Below are positions 38,144-49,144 of a stretch of 64,000 nt of DNA, in pieces. The translations under genes and the position numbers were made by a program. The notes under the pieces are model-generated. The model was not told where the DNA came from, searched no databases, and worked only from the letters and a program-made list of their open reading frames with translations. The stretch comes from Candidatus Ruminococcus ruminiciens. GTDB lineage: Bacteria > Bacillota > Clostridia > Oscillospirales > Ruminococcaceae. The stretch lies in the NCBI GenBank assembly GCA_037465765.1, contig DAPZRL010000004.1:569-64568 (forward strand). Reading direction: 5' to 3'. Position 1 is the stretch's first letter; every line of letters begins with the position of its first letter.

Positions 38144-39133
38144 TTAAAGCATAGAAGCTCTGAGTTCCTCGGGAGTAAGCTTTGAAAGATAGCCGGGAGC
38201 AATATCAAATGCGGTTTTGCAGCCTGTATGACCCTCGGATCTGAGTCTGCCGAGGGCGCGGGCATAACAGATAAGCACGCTTGCGGTGAATTCGGGATTT
38301 GATTCAAGCTTGATAGAATACTCGATCATATGATGAGTTTTTTCACCGTCGCCCGTGAGACCGCTTCTCATAACAAATCCTCCGTGCGGCATCTTGTTAT
38401 GAACGGCGTCAAATTCCTCCTCGGTAATGAAATTAACGGTCGTATCGTACTCGTCAAAGTAATTTTTCATTGTTTTAATTTCGTTTTCGATTTTTGCGAG
38501 ATCAGCTCCGTCCTCTGCAACGACAAAGCATTCTCTTTTGTGCTTCTGGCGTGTAGTAAGCTCGGGCTGACTTCCCGAACGGACTGCTTCCATAGCTTCC
38601 TCAACAGGAACGGTATACTGGATACCTCTTTTTACTCCTTCAACGCGTCTGATAGCGTCCGAATGCCCCTGACTTACGCCTTTGCCCCAGAAAGTGTAGG
38701 TTTTGCCTGTCGGGAGTATTGATTCGGCATAAAGTCTGTTAAGGGAGAAAAGACCGGGATCCCAGCCGAGTGAGATCATTGCGAGGTGACCGCTTTCCTT
38801 AGCAGCCTTGTCCACATTTTCAAAGTGGTTTGGAATTTTTGCGTGTGTGTCAAAGCTGTCTATAACATTAAAATATTTTGCAAGCTCAGGCGTCTGCTTG
38901 GGAAGATCGGTAGCGCTTCCGCCGCATATTATCATTACATCGACATCGTTCTGCATTTTTTCCGCATCGCTGAAATTGTAGACCTTAACGCCCTCTGTAA
39001 GAGGGATTACAGTTGAGGGATCGCGGCGTGTAAAAATGCCCACAAGCTCCATATCGTCGTTTTGCCTGACAGCAAGTTCAACTCCCTTGCCTAAATTGCC
39101 GTATCCGGCGATAGCTATTCTTAATTTTGACAT
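38144..39133 (-). CDS. ddh: meso-Diaminopimelate D-dehydrogenase
   Basis: GYGNLG, GWDPG, WGKGVSQGHSDA, PHGG, NPEFT; ATG 39133 after AGGAGG. Confidence 0.95.
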   Translation of the reverse strand: MSKLRIAIAGYGNLGKGVELAVRQNDDMELVGIFTRRDPSTVIPLTEGVKVYNFSDAEKMQNDVDVMIICGGSATDLPKQTPELAKYFNVIDSFDTHAKIPNHFENVDKAAKESGHLAMISLGWDPGLFSLNRLYAESILPTGKTYTFWGKGVSQGHSDAIRRVEGVKRGIQYTVPVEEAMEAVRSGSQPELTTRQKHKRECFVVAEDGADLAKIENEIKTMKNYFDEYDTTVNFITEEEFDAVHNKMPHGGFVMRSGLTGDGEKTHHMIEYSIKLESNPEFTASVLICYARALGRLRSEGHTGCKTAFDIAPGYLSKLTPEELRASML

Positions 39134-39229
39134 ATAATTACCTCCTGTTATAGAAATCCCCTTATCGGTTAGCACAATAAGGGGATTTTAATATTACTGC
39201 ATTAATTTCGAGTCACTGAAATTTTTAAA

Positions 39230-40621
<1,392 letters not shown>

Positions 40622-40721
40622 CTATAGAAAAATTATATCACTGTGGAAATACTTTTGCAATACTTTATTGTATCAATTTTTCCAAAAAATGCTTTTTCGG
40701 CATTTTGCACTAATACAGGAA

Positions 40722-42005
40722 TTACTTTTGTAAAGTTTTGCCATTATTTTCAAAAGCATTAAGATACTCGCTCGCCAGATAAAGTGATCCGCAGACGACC
40801 ATGATCCCGTCTTTTTCAAGAGTAAGCCTTTTTGCCAGTTTTACGGCTTGATCAAGTGATGAACACGCCTCCGCATCGGTATACTCCTCGGCAATTTTTG
40901 CAAGTCTTCGCACATCTACGGCATTTGGCGCAAAGCCGTCAACTGTAAACATTTTATTGGAGTACCGCGAAATTGTGTACACGCCGTCCTTATAGTCCTT
41001 TGTTTCAATCATTCCCATAACAGTGTATATTTTTTTTTGCAGTGAAACGGCATACTTGCGCAATATCAGCTCAAGGCTCTCAATTCCGCCCATATTATGA
41101 CCGCCGTCAACTATAACAGGAGGCTTGCCGTCGATATACTGGCATCTTGCCTTTACCTGCGTTGTTTCAATTGATCTCTCAATGCTTTCCTCTGAAATTT
41201 TAAATCCCTTTGTACGCAGATATTCGCAAGCCGTTATTGCGGTCACAGCGTTGATCTTCTGATGAAGTCCCGGCATTGACAGCTTTAAAATTTTACCTTT
41301 ATAGCTGAATTCTGCATATATATCATCGTTTTTTATCATCTTTGTCTTAATGCACGGAACAAGCTCTGCACAGGCTTTTTTTGCAGTATTCCGCACGATT
41401 TTCTTAACGTCCGCACAGTTGTCTGTTGAGAGTACGACAGCCGAATTTTTCTTTATGATACCTGCTTTCTGCTCGGCGATCTTTTCCACGGTATCGCCTA
41501 AAATAGTGGTATGGTCAAGTGAAATTGACGTGATAACGGCTAAAAGCGGCGGTTCAATAACGTTTGTGCAGTCCAGAAGTCCGCCTATTCCTGCTTCCAG
41601 TATGACAATATCGCATTTTTCTTGAGCGAACCAAAGTATAGCGATTGCCATTGTTATCTCAAACTGAGAGTAATCGCGACCGATTATCCGTTCTTTGACG
41701 TTCCCGGCAATTTTGCACAGGGAGTTTTCGTTGATTTCTTCGCCGTTTATGCGTATTCTGTCGGCATAATGAAGGACAAAAGGCGATGTGAACTGACCGA
41801 CCTTATAGCCTGAATATATCAGCGCGTTTGAAATATATTCCACTGTCGAGCCTTTGCCGTTAGTTCCTGCAATATGGACGAATTTCAGCGATCTTTCGGG
41901 ATTTCCTACGTGCTTCATGAGTTCTTGAGCGCGCGACAGATCTTTAACGGGCTTACCGGATTTACTGAAAGAGTTAATAAACTCCATAGTTTCCTTAATA
42001 TCCAT
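40722..42005 (-). CDS. folC: Folylpolyglutamate synthase/dihydrofolate synthase
   Basis: HIAGTNGKGS, EAGIGG.LD.TN, DGGHN, CGSLYL. Confidence 0.93.
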   Translation of the reverse strand: MDIKETMEFINSFSKSGKPVKDLSRAQELMKHVGNPERSLKFVHIAGTNGKGSTVEYISNALIYSGYKVGQFTSPFVLHYADRIRINGEEINENSLCKIAGNVKERIIGRDYSQFEITMAIAILWFAQEKCDIVILEAGIGGLLDCTNVIEPPLLAVITSISLDHTTILGDTVEKIAEQKAGIIKKNSAVVLSTDNCADVKKIVRNTAKKACAELVPCIKTKMIKNDDIYAEFSYKGKILKLSMPGLHQKINAVTAITACEYLRTKGFKISEESIERSIETTQVKARCQYIDGKPPVIVDGGHNMGGIESLELILRKYAVSLQKKIYTVMGMIETKDYKDGVYTISRYSNKMFTVDGFAPNAVDVRRLAKIAEEYTDAEACSSLDQAVKLAKRLTLEKDGIMVVCGSLYLASEYLNAFENNGKTLQK

Positions 42006-42748
42006 CAGTACGGACTCTCCTGAGTTTCAGCCTTTGCGACAGCTTCTTCGATGCTCAAACCCGAAAATTCCTGAGCGCGGAAAATTCTGCCGGATTTTTT
42101 ATCGTCCACAAATGCGCCGACAAGAACTCCGGGGAGCGCGCTTTCCGGTGAATTCGGAGCATTAGGACCGCCAAGCTCAGTTCTGCACCAGCCCGGATCG
42201 GCAAGACTGATGATAACGTCTGTGCCATTATATATTGAACCGAGGTCTATGGTTACCTTGTCGAGAGCCGCTTTGCTTGCGGAGTATCCTGCCTGCTGCG
42301 GTTCAAGGTTGATTCCGCTTGTAGTATTGACTATACGTCCGAATCCGCGCTTAGCCATATCGCCGATAAAATGATAGCATATCATCATTGGAGCGATCGT
42401 ATTGATCCTGAAGCTTGTTTCGTAATCCTCCGCAGGAGTCGTCAGAAATTCGTCTCTGTAAGTTACCTGTAAACCTGCATTGTTAAGAATAATGTCTGTC
42501 TGAATACCCAGCGCGTCAATTTCTTTAAGCATTTTTTCTACCTGAGTAATATCGGAAAGCTCTGCTCCAACGGAGTAAGCCTCTACTCCGAGAGACTTTA
42601 CCTCATCAATAAGCTTTTGACAGTGTTCGGGGGTTCGGCTGTGAAGAACAAGATTACAGCCCTGCCGAGCCATAAATTTTGCAGAAAGCAAGCCTATTCC
42701 GCGGCTTGCGCCTGTTATCAGCGCCCATTTCCCTTTTACGTTTACCAT
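42005..42748 (-). CDS. SDR-family oxidoreductase
   Basis: TGASRGIG, NNAG, YSASK. Confidence 0.92.
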   Translation of the reverse strand: MVNVKGKWALITGASRGIGLLSAKFMARQGCNLVLHSRTPEHCQKLIDEVKSLGVEAYSVGAELSDITQVEKMLKEIDALGIQTDIILNNAGLQVTYRDEFLTTPAEDYETSFRINTIAPMMICYHFIGDMAKRGFGRIVNTTSGINLEPQQAGYSASKAALDKVTIDLGSIYNGTDVIISLADPGWCRTELGGPNAPNSPESALPGVLVGAFVDDKKSGRIFRAQEFSGLSIEEAVAKAETQESPY

Positions 42749-42766
42749 ATGTATAAACCTCCTTTA

Positions 42767-42946
42767 TTAAGGCAACACCGCACAAAGCACGCCTGACGGC
42801 TTTGCACGTCATATGCTTGCATATTTTTCGTCATATCACACAAAAAATCCTTGACAGGCGACAGCCTGCCTGCAAATTTTTTATGCAATCTGACAAAAAA
42901 TCTGACTGCGCATCTGCCGCACAATCTTTGTGCGGTGTTGCCTTAA
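42767..42946. mobile_element. 180 bp MITE-like element
   Basis: Perfect 21 bp terminal inverted repeat TTAAGGCAACACCGCACAAAG, a self-complementary interior, and no transposase. Confidence 0.75.
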
Positions 42947-42968
42947 GGAATAATTAATTTACTTATTC

Positions 42969-43271
42969 TCAATACTCATAATCAATACAGGCTCTGTCTG
43001 TTTTGATTGCGGCGATAAATTCGCCAAATTCTTTATGCACGGGATGTATCTGATAAGCATTGAGGTCGTCAATGCTGTCAAAATCACATAAAAGTGCGAT
43101 AGTAAAATTGTTTTTAGGGGCGTCGGCAGAGTTAATAACTGCTTTTCCGTTTTTTAGCGACGGAACATTTTCGATAACTTTATTAAAGCGTGCTTTTGCT
43201 TCTACAGCGTTTTCAAGCTCAGATTTGCCGTCAATAGCTTTGAGTTTGAACATTACAATATGTTTTATCAT
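42969..43271 (-). CDS. Dabb-family (stress-responsive A/B barrel) protein
   Basis: MIKHIVMFKLK...YQIHPVH...RACIDYE. Confidence 0.9.
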   Translation of the reverse strand: MIKHIVMFKLKAIDGKSELENAVEAKARFNKVIENVPSLKNGKAVINSADAPKNNFTIALLCDFDSIDDLNAYQIHPVHKEFGEFIAAIKTDRACIDYEY

Positions 43272-43428
43272 TTGTTATACCTCCTTTAAATTTGCTTCTT
43301 ATATTCATTTCTTTTGCATTTTGCTGAGGACTTCTTTTCCGCTTTAATGATAAAATTATATCAGCGCCAAATATACGAGATTCGGCAGGCGTATGTTATG
43401 CGGCGTTATAGAGAAAGGAGCATCAACG

Positions 43429-44490
43429 ATGTGGAACATTGTAGATATGAACAATGAAAACGAGTGTAAAATATACGAGGATTTTGTGAGTACTCACGAA
43501 AACGGAACATTCACTCAGTCTGTCTATTGGTCAGACGTGAAGACAAATTGGGGGCACGAGGCGGTGATTGTTCGTGACAGTGAGGGCAAAGTTTGCGGAG
43601 CTGCTTTTGTTTTAATAAAAACGATACCGATTATTAAAAGGTCGTTTCTTTACTGTCCTCACGGTCCTGTTTACGATTTCGGAGACACGGAGACCTTCGG
43701 AGAGCTTATGGACGCGTTTAATTTTCTTGCTAAGAAATACCGCGCATATCAGTTAAAGATTGATCCGTGTATAACTGAGCAGCAACAGGAGTATATCGAG
43801 CAGCTTATAAATATGGGTTTTCGTTTCAGAGCAGACGCTCCTGAGCTTTCTACTATTCAGGCACGCAATAATTATATGCTGTTTTTCCGCGGAAGAAGTC
43901 TTGATGAGATTTTTAATTCGTTTCACAGCAAATGGCGGTACAATATACGTCTTGCACAGCGGCGCGGAGTTGAGTGCAAAGTCTGCGGAAAGGAAGCATT
44001 GGATGATTTTTATCCTCTTATGGAGGAAACGGGTAAGAGAGACGGCTTTCTTATCAGAGGAAAGAGTTATTTTTCTGCGATGCTGGATGGTCTGGGCGAG
44101 CATTGCCGCTTGTATATGTGTTATTGCGGCGGCGAACCGATTTCGGGAGCCGTATGTGTGAATTATGCAGGAAAGTCAAGCTACGTTTACGGCGCTTCGA
44201 CGATAAAAATGAGAAATGCAATGCCAAATTATCTTATGCAGTGGACTATGATAAGCGACGCGCACAAAAGCGGCTGTACAGTTCACGATTTTATGGGGAT
44301 CCCGTTTTACACGGATGAAACTCACCGAAATTACGGAGTATATCGTTTCAAAAAGGGCTTTAACGGCGAGGTCGTGACATATGCCGGAGAGTTTACCTAC
44401 AGATATAACCGTTTCATTTCTGCGTTATCTGATGCTGTAATGTTTATCCACAGAGAGTTTATAAAGCTGCGTGCCCGCATATTCTGTTGA
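43429..44490 (+). CDS. FemAB/FemX-family peptidoglycan aminoacyltransferase
   Basis: QS..W..VK..W, YCPHGP, KWRYNIR, YVYGAS, GVYRFKKGF. Confidence 0.88.
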   Translation: MWNIVDMNNENECKIYEDFVSTHENGTFTQSVYWSDVKTNWGHEAVIVRDSEGKVCGAAFVLIKTIPIIKRSFLYCPHGPVYDFGDTETFGELMDAFNFLAKKYRAYQLKIDPCITEQQQEYIEQLINMGFRFRADAPELSTIQARNNYMLFFRGRSLDEIFNSFHSKWRYNIRLAQRRGVECKVCGKEALDDFYPLMEETGKRDGFLIRGKSYFSAMLDGLGEHCRLYMCYCGGEPISGAVCVNYAGKSSYVYGASTIKMRNAMPNYLMQWTMISDAHKSGCTVHDFMGIPFYTDETHRNYGVYRFKKGFNGEVVTYAGEFTYRYNRFISALSDAVMFIHREFIKLRARIFC

Positions 44491-44505
44491 TTTTTTCTTC
44501 TTTTA

Positions 44506-44541
44506 ACAGACCTGTTCAATTACCGAACAGGTCTGTTATTT
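44506..44541. terminator. Terminator between convergent genes
   Basis: AACAGACCTGTTC...GAACAGGTCTGTT. Confidence 0.75.
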
Positions 44542-44898
44542 TTGTATAATATCGTAGCTTTCATCAATGACGGCATACAATTCGGTTGGGGTGATCCTTT
44601 CATTTAGGGGAATTGAGATCCACAGCCTCTTATTCATATGATAAGCAGGGATCGCCTTTCCCTCTCCTATGAGGATCTCTCTGACAAGGGAGCTGCATTT
44701 GACGTTCAGAACATCTATGCAGCCCTCGCCGTCAAGACCTATCTTATTTTTTGGTACGCTCATTACAAGAGCGTACCATTTTTTATTTCTGCGGTTGCGC
44801 AAAACGGCTGCGTCGGGAGTACTTGCCCAAAGAAATTCAGGCTCTGTGCCGTAATTTTCTTTAACGTATCCGAAAACCGCTTCTCTGTTGACATTCAT
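44536..44898 (-). CDS. MmcQ/YjbR-family DNA-binding protein
   Basis: KWYAL, NVKC, PAYHMNK..WIS, ESY. Confidence 0.9.
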   Translation of the reverse strand: MNVNREAVFGYVKENYGTEPEFLWASTPDAAVLRNRRNKKWYALVMSVPKNKIGLDGEGCIDVLNVKCSSLVREILIGEGKAIPAYHMNKRLWISIPLNERITPTELYAVIDESYDIIQK

Positions 44899-47519
44899 TA
44901 CTTTTTAAACGCTTCGACCGACTGCATGATCTTTGCCATTTTCTCCTGCGCGGCAGCAAGCTTCGCTTTTTCGGCTTCAATGAGCTTTTCGGGAGCTTTT
45001 GCAATAAATCCTTGATTGTTGAGCTTTCCGCTGAGGAAATCAATATCCTTCTGAACCTTTGCACGTTCCTTTTCGAGACGGGCAAGCTCCTTTTCCTTGT
45101 CAACAAGCTCGTCCATGGGAATGAAAATTCTTGCGGAATCTGTAACGGCGTTTGCTGAATCGGGAACATTAAAGCTTTCTCCGACCTCGATCGAGGATGC
45201 AGAAGCGAGCTTCTCAAAGAAAACGGTGCCTGATCTGAACAGCTCCGTGTCTGTGGTTTCAATAAACAGCTTAGCCTTTACAGACGGCGGAACATTCATT
45301 TCCGAGCGCGTATTTCTTATAGCCTTGATCGCGGAAATGATTTTCTCAAAGGCTTTTTCTTCGGCTGAATAGTCGACAGAGCTGTCAAATACAGGGTATG
45401 TCTCAAGGATTATCATGCTGTTCTCGTTTGTAAGGACCTGCCAGATCTCCTCGGTTATGAACGGCATAAACGGGTGAAGAAGCTTGAGCATTCCCTGCAT
45501 TGCCCAGACAAGCACAGCTTGAGCTTTTGCCATAGTTTCGCCGCCTGCCTGAATTCTCGGCTTAGTCAGCTCGATGTACCAGTCGCAGTAAACGTCCCAG
45601 ATGAAGTCGTAAATTTTCTGCGAAGCTACGCCCAGTTCGTATTTATCGAGATTTTCGTTTACTTCCTTGGCAAGTCGGTTGAACTTGTTCACAAGCCATT
45701 TATCCTCGGCTTCAAGCTCGTCGGGAAGTCCCTTGAACTCAAAATCGTCCGGAAGATTCATCATTATAAATCTTGAAGCGTTCCAGAGCTTGTTTGCAAA
45801 ATTTCGCGCTGATTTTACCTTGTCGTCGATATAGCGCATATCGTTTCCCGGGGAATTTCCGGTAGCGAGCATAAAGCGGAGCGCATCTGCGCCGTATTCG
45901 TTAATGACCTCGAGGGGGTCGATGCCGTTTCCGAGCGATTTTGACATTTTGCGTCCCTGAGAATCACGGACAAGACCGTGTATGAGAACTGTGTCAAAGG
46001 GAACCTTGCCCATATTTTCAAGACCGCTGAACATCATTCTGATTACCCAGAAGAAGATGATATCATAGCCGGTAACGAGAGTATTTGTGGGGTAGAAGTA
46101 GTCGAGATCGGCAGTTTTCTCGGGGAATCCAAGCGTTGAGAACGGCCAGAGCGCTGAGCTGAACCATGTATCGAGTGTGTCGGGGTCTTGTCTCATAGGC
46201 TTTCCGCATTTCGGGCAGACTGCGCCGTCGTCCTTGGTTACGATCATTTCGCCGCACTCGTCGCAGTAGAATGCAGGAATCTGATGTCCCCACCAGATCT
46301 GACGCGATATGCACCAGTCGCGGATATTTTCGAGCCAATGGAAGTAAATTTTGTCAAAGCGTTCGGGAACGAATTTTGTTGAACCGTCCTTTACAGCCTT
46401 GATAGCAGGTTCTGCAAGAGGCTTCATTTTAACGAACCATTGTGTTGATACCTTTGGTTCGACAGTTGTTCCGCAGCGGTAGCAAGTGCCTACATTGTGG
46501 CTGTATTCCTCAATTTTCACAAGCGCGCCCTCGGCTTCAAGGTCTTCAACAATAGCCTTGCGAGCCTCGTATCTGTCCATTCCGGCGTATTTCGTATAGT
46601 CGTCAACAATAGTAGCGTCGTCGTTCATAACGTTGATAATGGGCAGGTTATGGCGGAGGCCTACTTCAAAGTCGTTAGGGTCATGAGCAGGCGTAATTTT
46701 TACAACGCCCGTACCGAAGTCCATTTCAACGTAATCGTCGGCAACAATGGGGATCTCGCGGTGAACGATAGGAAGGATCACAGTCTTGCCTACAAGGGCT
46801 TTATAACGTTCGTCGGCAGGATTTACGGCAACGGCAGTATCGCCGAGAAGCGTCTCGGGACGCGTTGTGGCAAGCTCAAGATATCCGTCCGAGTCCTTGA
46901 TCTTGTAGCGGAGATGCCAGAAATGACCTGCCTGATCTTCGTAGGTAACTTCGGCGTCGGAAAGGGAAGTCTTACATTTCGGGCACCAGTTGATGATACG
47001 CTCGCCGCGGTAGATAAGCCCTTTTTCGTAGTATTTTACAAAAACTTCTTTAACGGCTTTCGAGCAGCCCTCGTCCATTGTGAAGCGCTCTCTTGACCAG
47101 TCGCAGGATGAACCGAGCTTTTTAAGCTGTTCAACGATACGTCCGCCGTACTGCTTTTTCCATTCCCAAGCGCGCTTCATGAATCCCTCGCGTCCGAGAT
47201 CTTCTTTTGTAACGCCCTCCTTGCGCATAGCCTCAACAATTTTTGCCTCCGTAGCGATAGCTGCATGATCGGTGCCGGGAAGCCAGAGGGCGGAATATCC
47301 GCACATTCTTTTCCAGCGGATAAGAATATCCTGAAGCGTCTCATCGAGAGCGTGACCCATATGAAGCTGCCCTGTAATATTAGGAGGCGGGATTACGATC
47401 GTGTAAGGCGTTTTTTTCGAGTCAACCTCTGCGCGGAAGCAGCCTTTATCGTTCCAAGCAGCGTATATTCTGTCCTCAAAGTCTTTGGGATCATAAGCTT
47501 TTGCAAGTTCCTTTGCCAT
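44898..47519 (-). CDS. valS: Valine-tRNA ligase
   Basis: PPPNITG.LHMGHA, WCISRQ, KMSKS, C-terminal coiled coil. Confidence 0.98.
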   Translation of the reverse strand: MAKELAKAYDPKDFEDRIYAAWNDKGCFRAEVDSKKTPYTIVIPPPNITGQLHMGHALDETLQDILIRWKRMCGYSALWLPGTDHAAIATEAKIVEAMRKEGVTKEDLGREGFMKRAWEWKKQYGGRIVEQLKKLGSSCDWSRERFTMDEGCSKAVKEVFVKYYEKGLIYRGERIINWCPKCKTSLSDAEVTYEDQAGHFWHLRYKIKDSDGYLELATTRPETLLGDTAVAVNPADERYKALVGKTVILPIVHREIPIVADDYVEMDFGTGVVKITPAHDPNDFEVGLRHNLPIINVMNDDATIVDDYTKYAGMDRYEARKAIVEDLEAEGALVKIEEYSHNVGTCYRCGTTVEPKVSTQWFVKMKPLAEPAIKAVKDGSTKFVPERFDKIYFHWLENIRDWCISRQIWWGHQIPAFYCDECGEMIVTKDDGAVCPKCGKPMRQDPDTLDTWFSSALWPFSTLGFPEKTADLDYFYPTNTLVTGYDIIFFWVIRMMFSGLENMGKVPFDTVLIHGLVRDSQGRKMSKSLGNGIDPLEVINEYGADALRFMLATGNSPGNDMRYIDDKVKSARNFANKLWNASRFIMMNLPDDFEFKGLPDELEAEDKWLVNKFNRLAKEVNENLDKYELGVASQKIYDFIWDVYCDWYIELTKPRIQAGGETMAKAQAVLVWAMQGMLKLLHPFMPFITEEIWQVLTNENSMIILETYPVFDSSVDYSAEEKAFEKIISAIKAIRNTRSEMNVPPSVKAKLFIETTDTELFRSGTVFFEKLASASSIEVGESFNVPDSANAVTDSARIFIPMDELVDKEKELARLEKERAKVQKDIDFLSGKLNNQGFIAKAPEKLIEAEKAKLAAAQEKMAKIMQSVEAFKK

Positions 47520-47539
47520 ATAAATACTCCTTTATTATA

Positions 47540-47797
47540 AAATAAAATCGCCCCGAACCGTTTAAGGTTCAGGGCGAACGATTGTCCGTGTTACCACCTG
47601 AATTCAGAGCATATATGCTCCGCACTCTGTCGGGTCTTGCAACCCGTTTCTCTGTAACGTGAGAAACACGTCGACGACTACTGTTGTTTCACCGCCGAAG
47701 CTCGGAGACTACTTCCGCATATCCCTCACGCCGCCTTACACCTGCCGGCGGCTCTCTGCGCATTGGAAATATGCGTACTGCTTCTCTTCACAGCCTT
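47540..47797 (-). promoter_or_regulatory. T-box riboswitch (Val)
   Basis: Stem I with AGAGA and GGTGTAA motifs, GTA (Val) specifier at 47712-47710, T-box AATTCAGGTGGTAACACGG, and a terminator hairpin with T-tract. Confidence 0.93.
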
Positions 47798-47805
47798 TAG
47801 ATTTT

Positions 47806-48969
47806 TTACTTGTAAAGAACTCTGACTCTGATAACTCCGTCAACAGCATTGATCTTGCCCTCGACGGAAGCGGAGATATCACCTGTAACGTCAAGCATTG
47901 TGTAAGCGAAATCCTTTTTGCTGGCGTTTACCATGTTTTCGATGTTAATGCCCTCATTGCCCACAGCCGTTGTGATCGAAGCGATCGTTGTAGGAACATT
48001 TTTGTGGATAATACAGATCTTTGTACCTACAGCGTTCATTGAAGCGTTGGGGAGATTTACGCTGTTTTTAATATTTCCGTTTTCGATGTAGTCGATAAGC
48101 TCTTCTGCCGCCATAACAGCACAGTTGTCTTCGCTCTCGGGAGTTGAAGCTCCGAGGTGAGGAAGAACGATAATGTTTTCAACGCCGAGCACAACATCGT
48201 CGGCAAAGTCCGTAACATACTTGGAAACCTTTCCGTCAGCAATCGCCTTAACGACAGCTTCGCTGTTGATAAGTTCTCCTCTTGCGAGGTTGATAAGACG
48301 AACGCCGTCTTTCATCATAGCGATCTGCTCAGCGTCAATGGTGTTCTTTGTCTGAGGAGTATAGGGCATATGGATAGTGATATAATCGCTTTCTCTGTAG
48401 ATATCGTTGATGTCGGAAACTACCTTTACGGCAGGCTCGAGGTGAAGCGCAGCGTTTACCGAAAGATAAGGGTCAAAGCCAATGACCTTCATGCCGAGAG
48501 CGATGGCAGTATTAGCGATCTGACCGCCGATAGCGCCGAGACCGATGATGCCGAGCGTTTTTCCGAGAAGCTCGGGACCTGCAAATTTAGATTTTCCACC
48601 TTCTACGGTCTTAGGAGCATCGGGAGTTCCCTTGAGCGAAGCAGCCCACGCAGCAGCCTCTGTGATCTTTCTCGAAGAAAGGAGGAGAGCGCAGATAGCA
48701 AGCTCTTTAACAGCGTTAGCGTTGGCTCCGGGAGTATTGAATACACAAATACCCTCCTGAGCGCAGCGGTCAACGGGTATGTTGTTTACTCCTGCACCTG
48801 CACGAGCGATTGCGATAAGGTTATCGCCGAAAGTCATGTCGTGCATTTTTGCGCTTCTTACCATGATAGCGTCGGGATTAGCACACTCATCCGCAACGGA
48901 GTAAGCGTTTTTGTCAAAGATATCCGTACCGATAGAGGATATCTTATTAAGAGTCTGAATTTTATACAT
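47806..48969 (-). CDS. serA: D-3-phosphoglycerate dehydrogenase with ACT domain
   Basis: RAGAGVNNI, GLGAIG, N.ARG, PHLGAST; downstream of serC. Confidence 0.9.
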   Translation of the reverse strand: MYKIQTLNKISSIGTDIFDKNAYSVADECANPDAIMVRSAKMHDMTFGDNLIAIARAGAGVNNIPVDRCAQEGICVFNTPGANANAVKELAICALLLSSRKITEAAAWAASLKGTPDAPKTVEGGKSKFAGPELLGKTLGIIGLGAIGGQIANTAIALGMKVIGFDPYLSVNAALHLEPAVKVVSDINDIYRESDYITIHMPYTPQTKNTIDAEQIAMMKDGVRLINLARGELINSEAVVKAIADGKVSKYVTDFADDVVLGVENIIVLPHLGASTPESEDNCAVMAAEELIDYIENGNIKNSVNLPNASMNAVGTKICIIHKNVPTTIASITTAVGNEGINIENMVNASKKDFAYTMLDVTGDISASVEGKINAVDGVIRVRVLYK

Positions 48970-49015
48970 ATCAATTACCTCATTTCGTATCTGATGCATA
49001 TATTGCCGCATGGCA

Positions 49016-49144
49016 TCAGCAAATAATACGTACTATAATAATACCGATCACAGTGAGAATACCGCATACGGCAGCGATCTTTCCCCTGATACTGTTTCTT
49101 TTCTTTATGCGTTCCTTAGCTTCATCGCTTAATTGGAAATTCAA
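49016..49144 (-). CDS. 42-aa putative tail-anchored microprotein (not in the ORF track)
   Basis: TTG start overlapping the serC TGA, GAGGAGG 7 nt upstream; MNFQLSDEAKERIKKRNSIRGKIAAVCGILTVIGIIIVRIIC*. Confidence 0.55.
   Translation of the reverse strand: MNFQLSDEAKERIKKRNSIRGKIAAVCGILTVIGIIIVRIIC

Noticed and set aside
42742..42924. 60-aa ORF upstream of the SDR
   Set aside because: Lies within the inverted-repeat element; likely incidental.
47659..48042. 127-aa plus-strand ORF
   Set aside because: Antisense to the T-box and serA.
48157..49026. 289-aa plus-strand ORF
   Set aside because: Antisense shadow of codon-biased serA.
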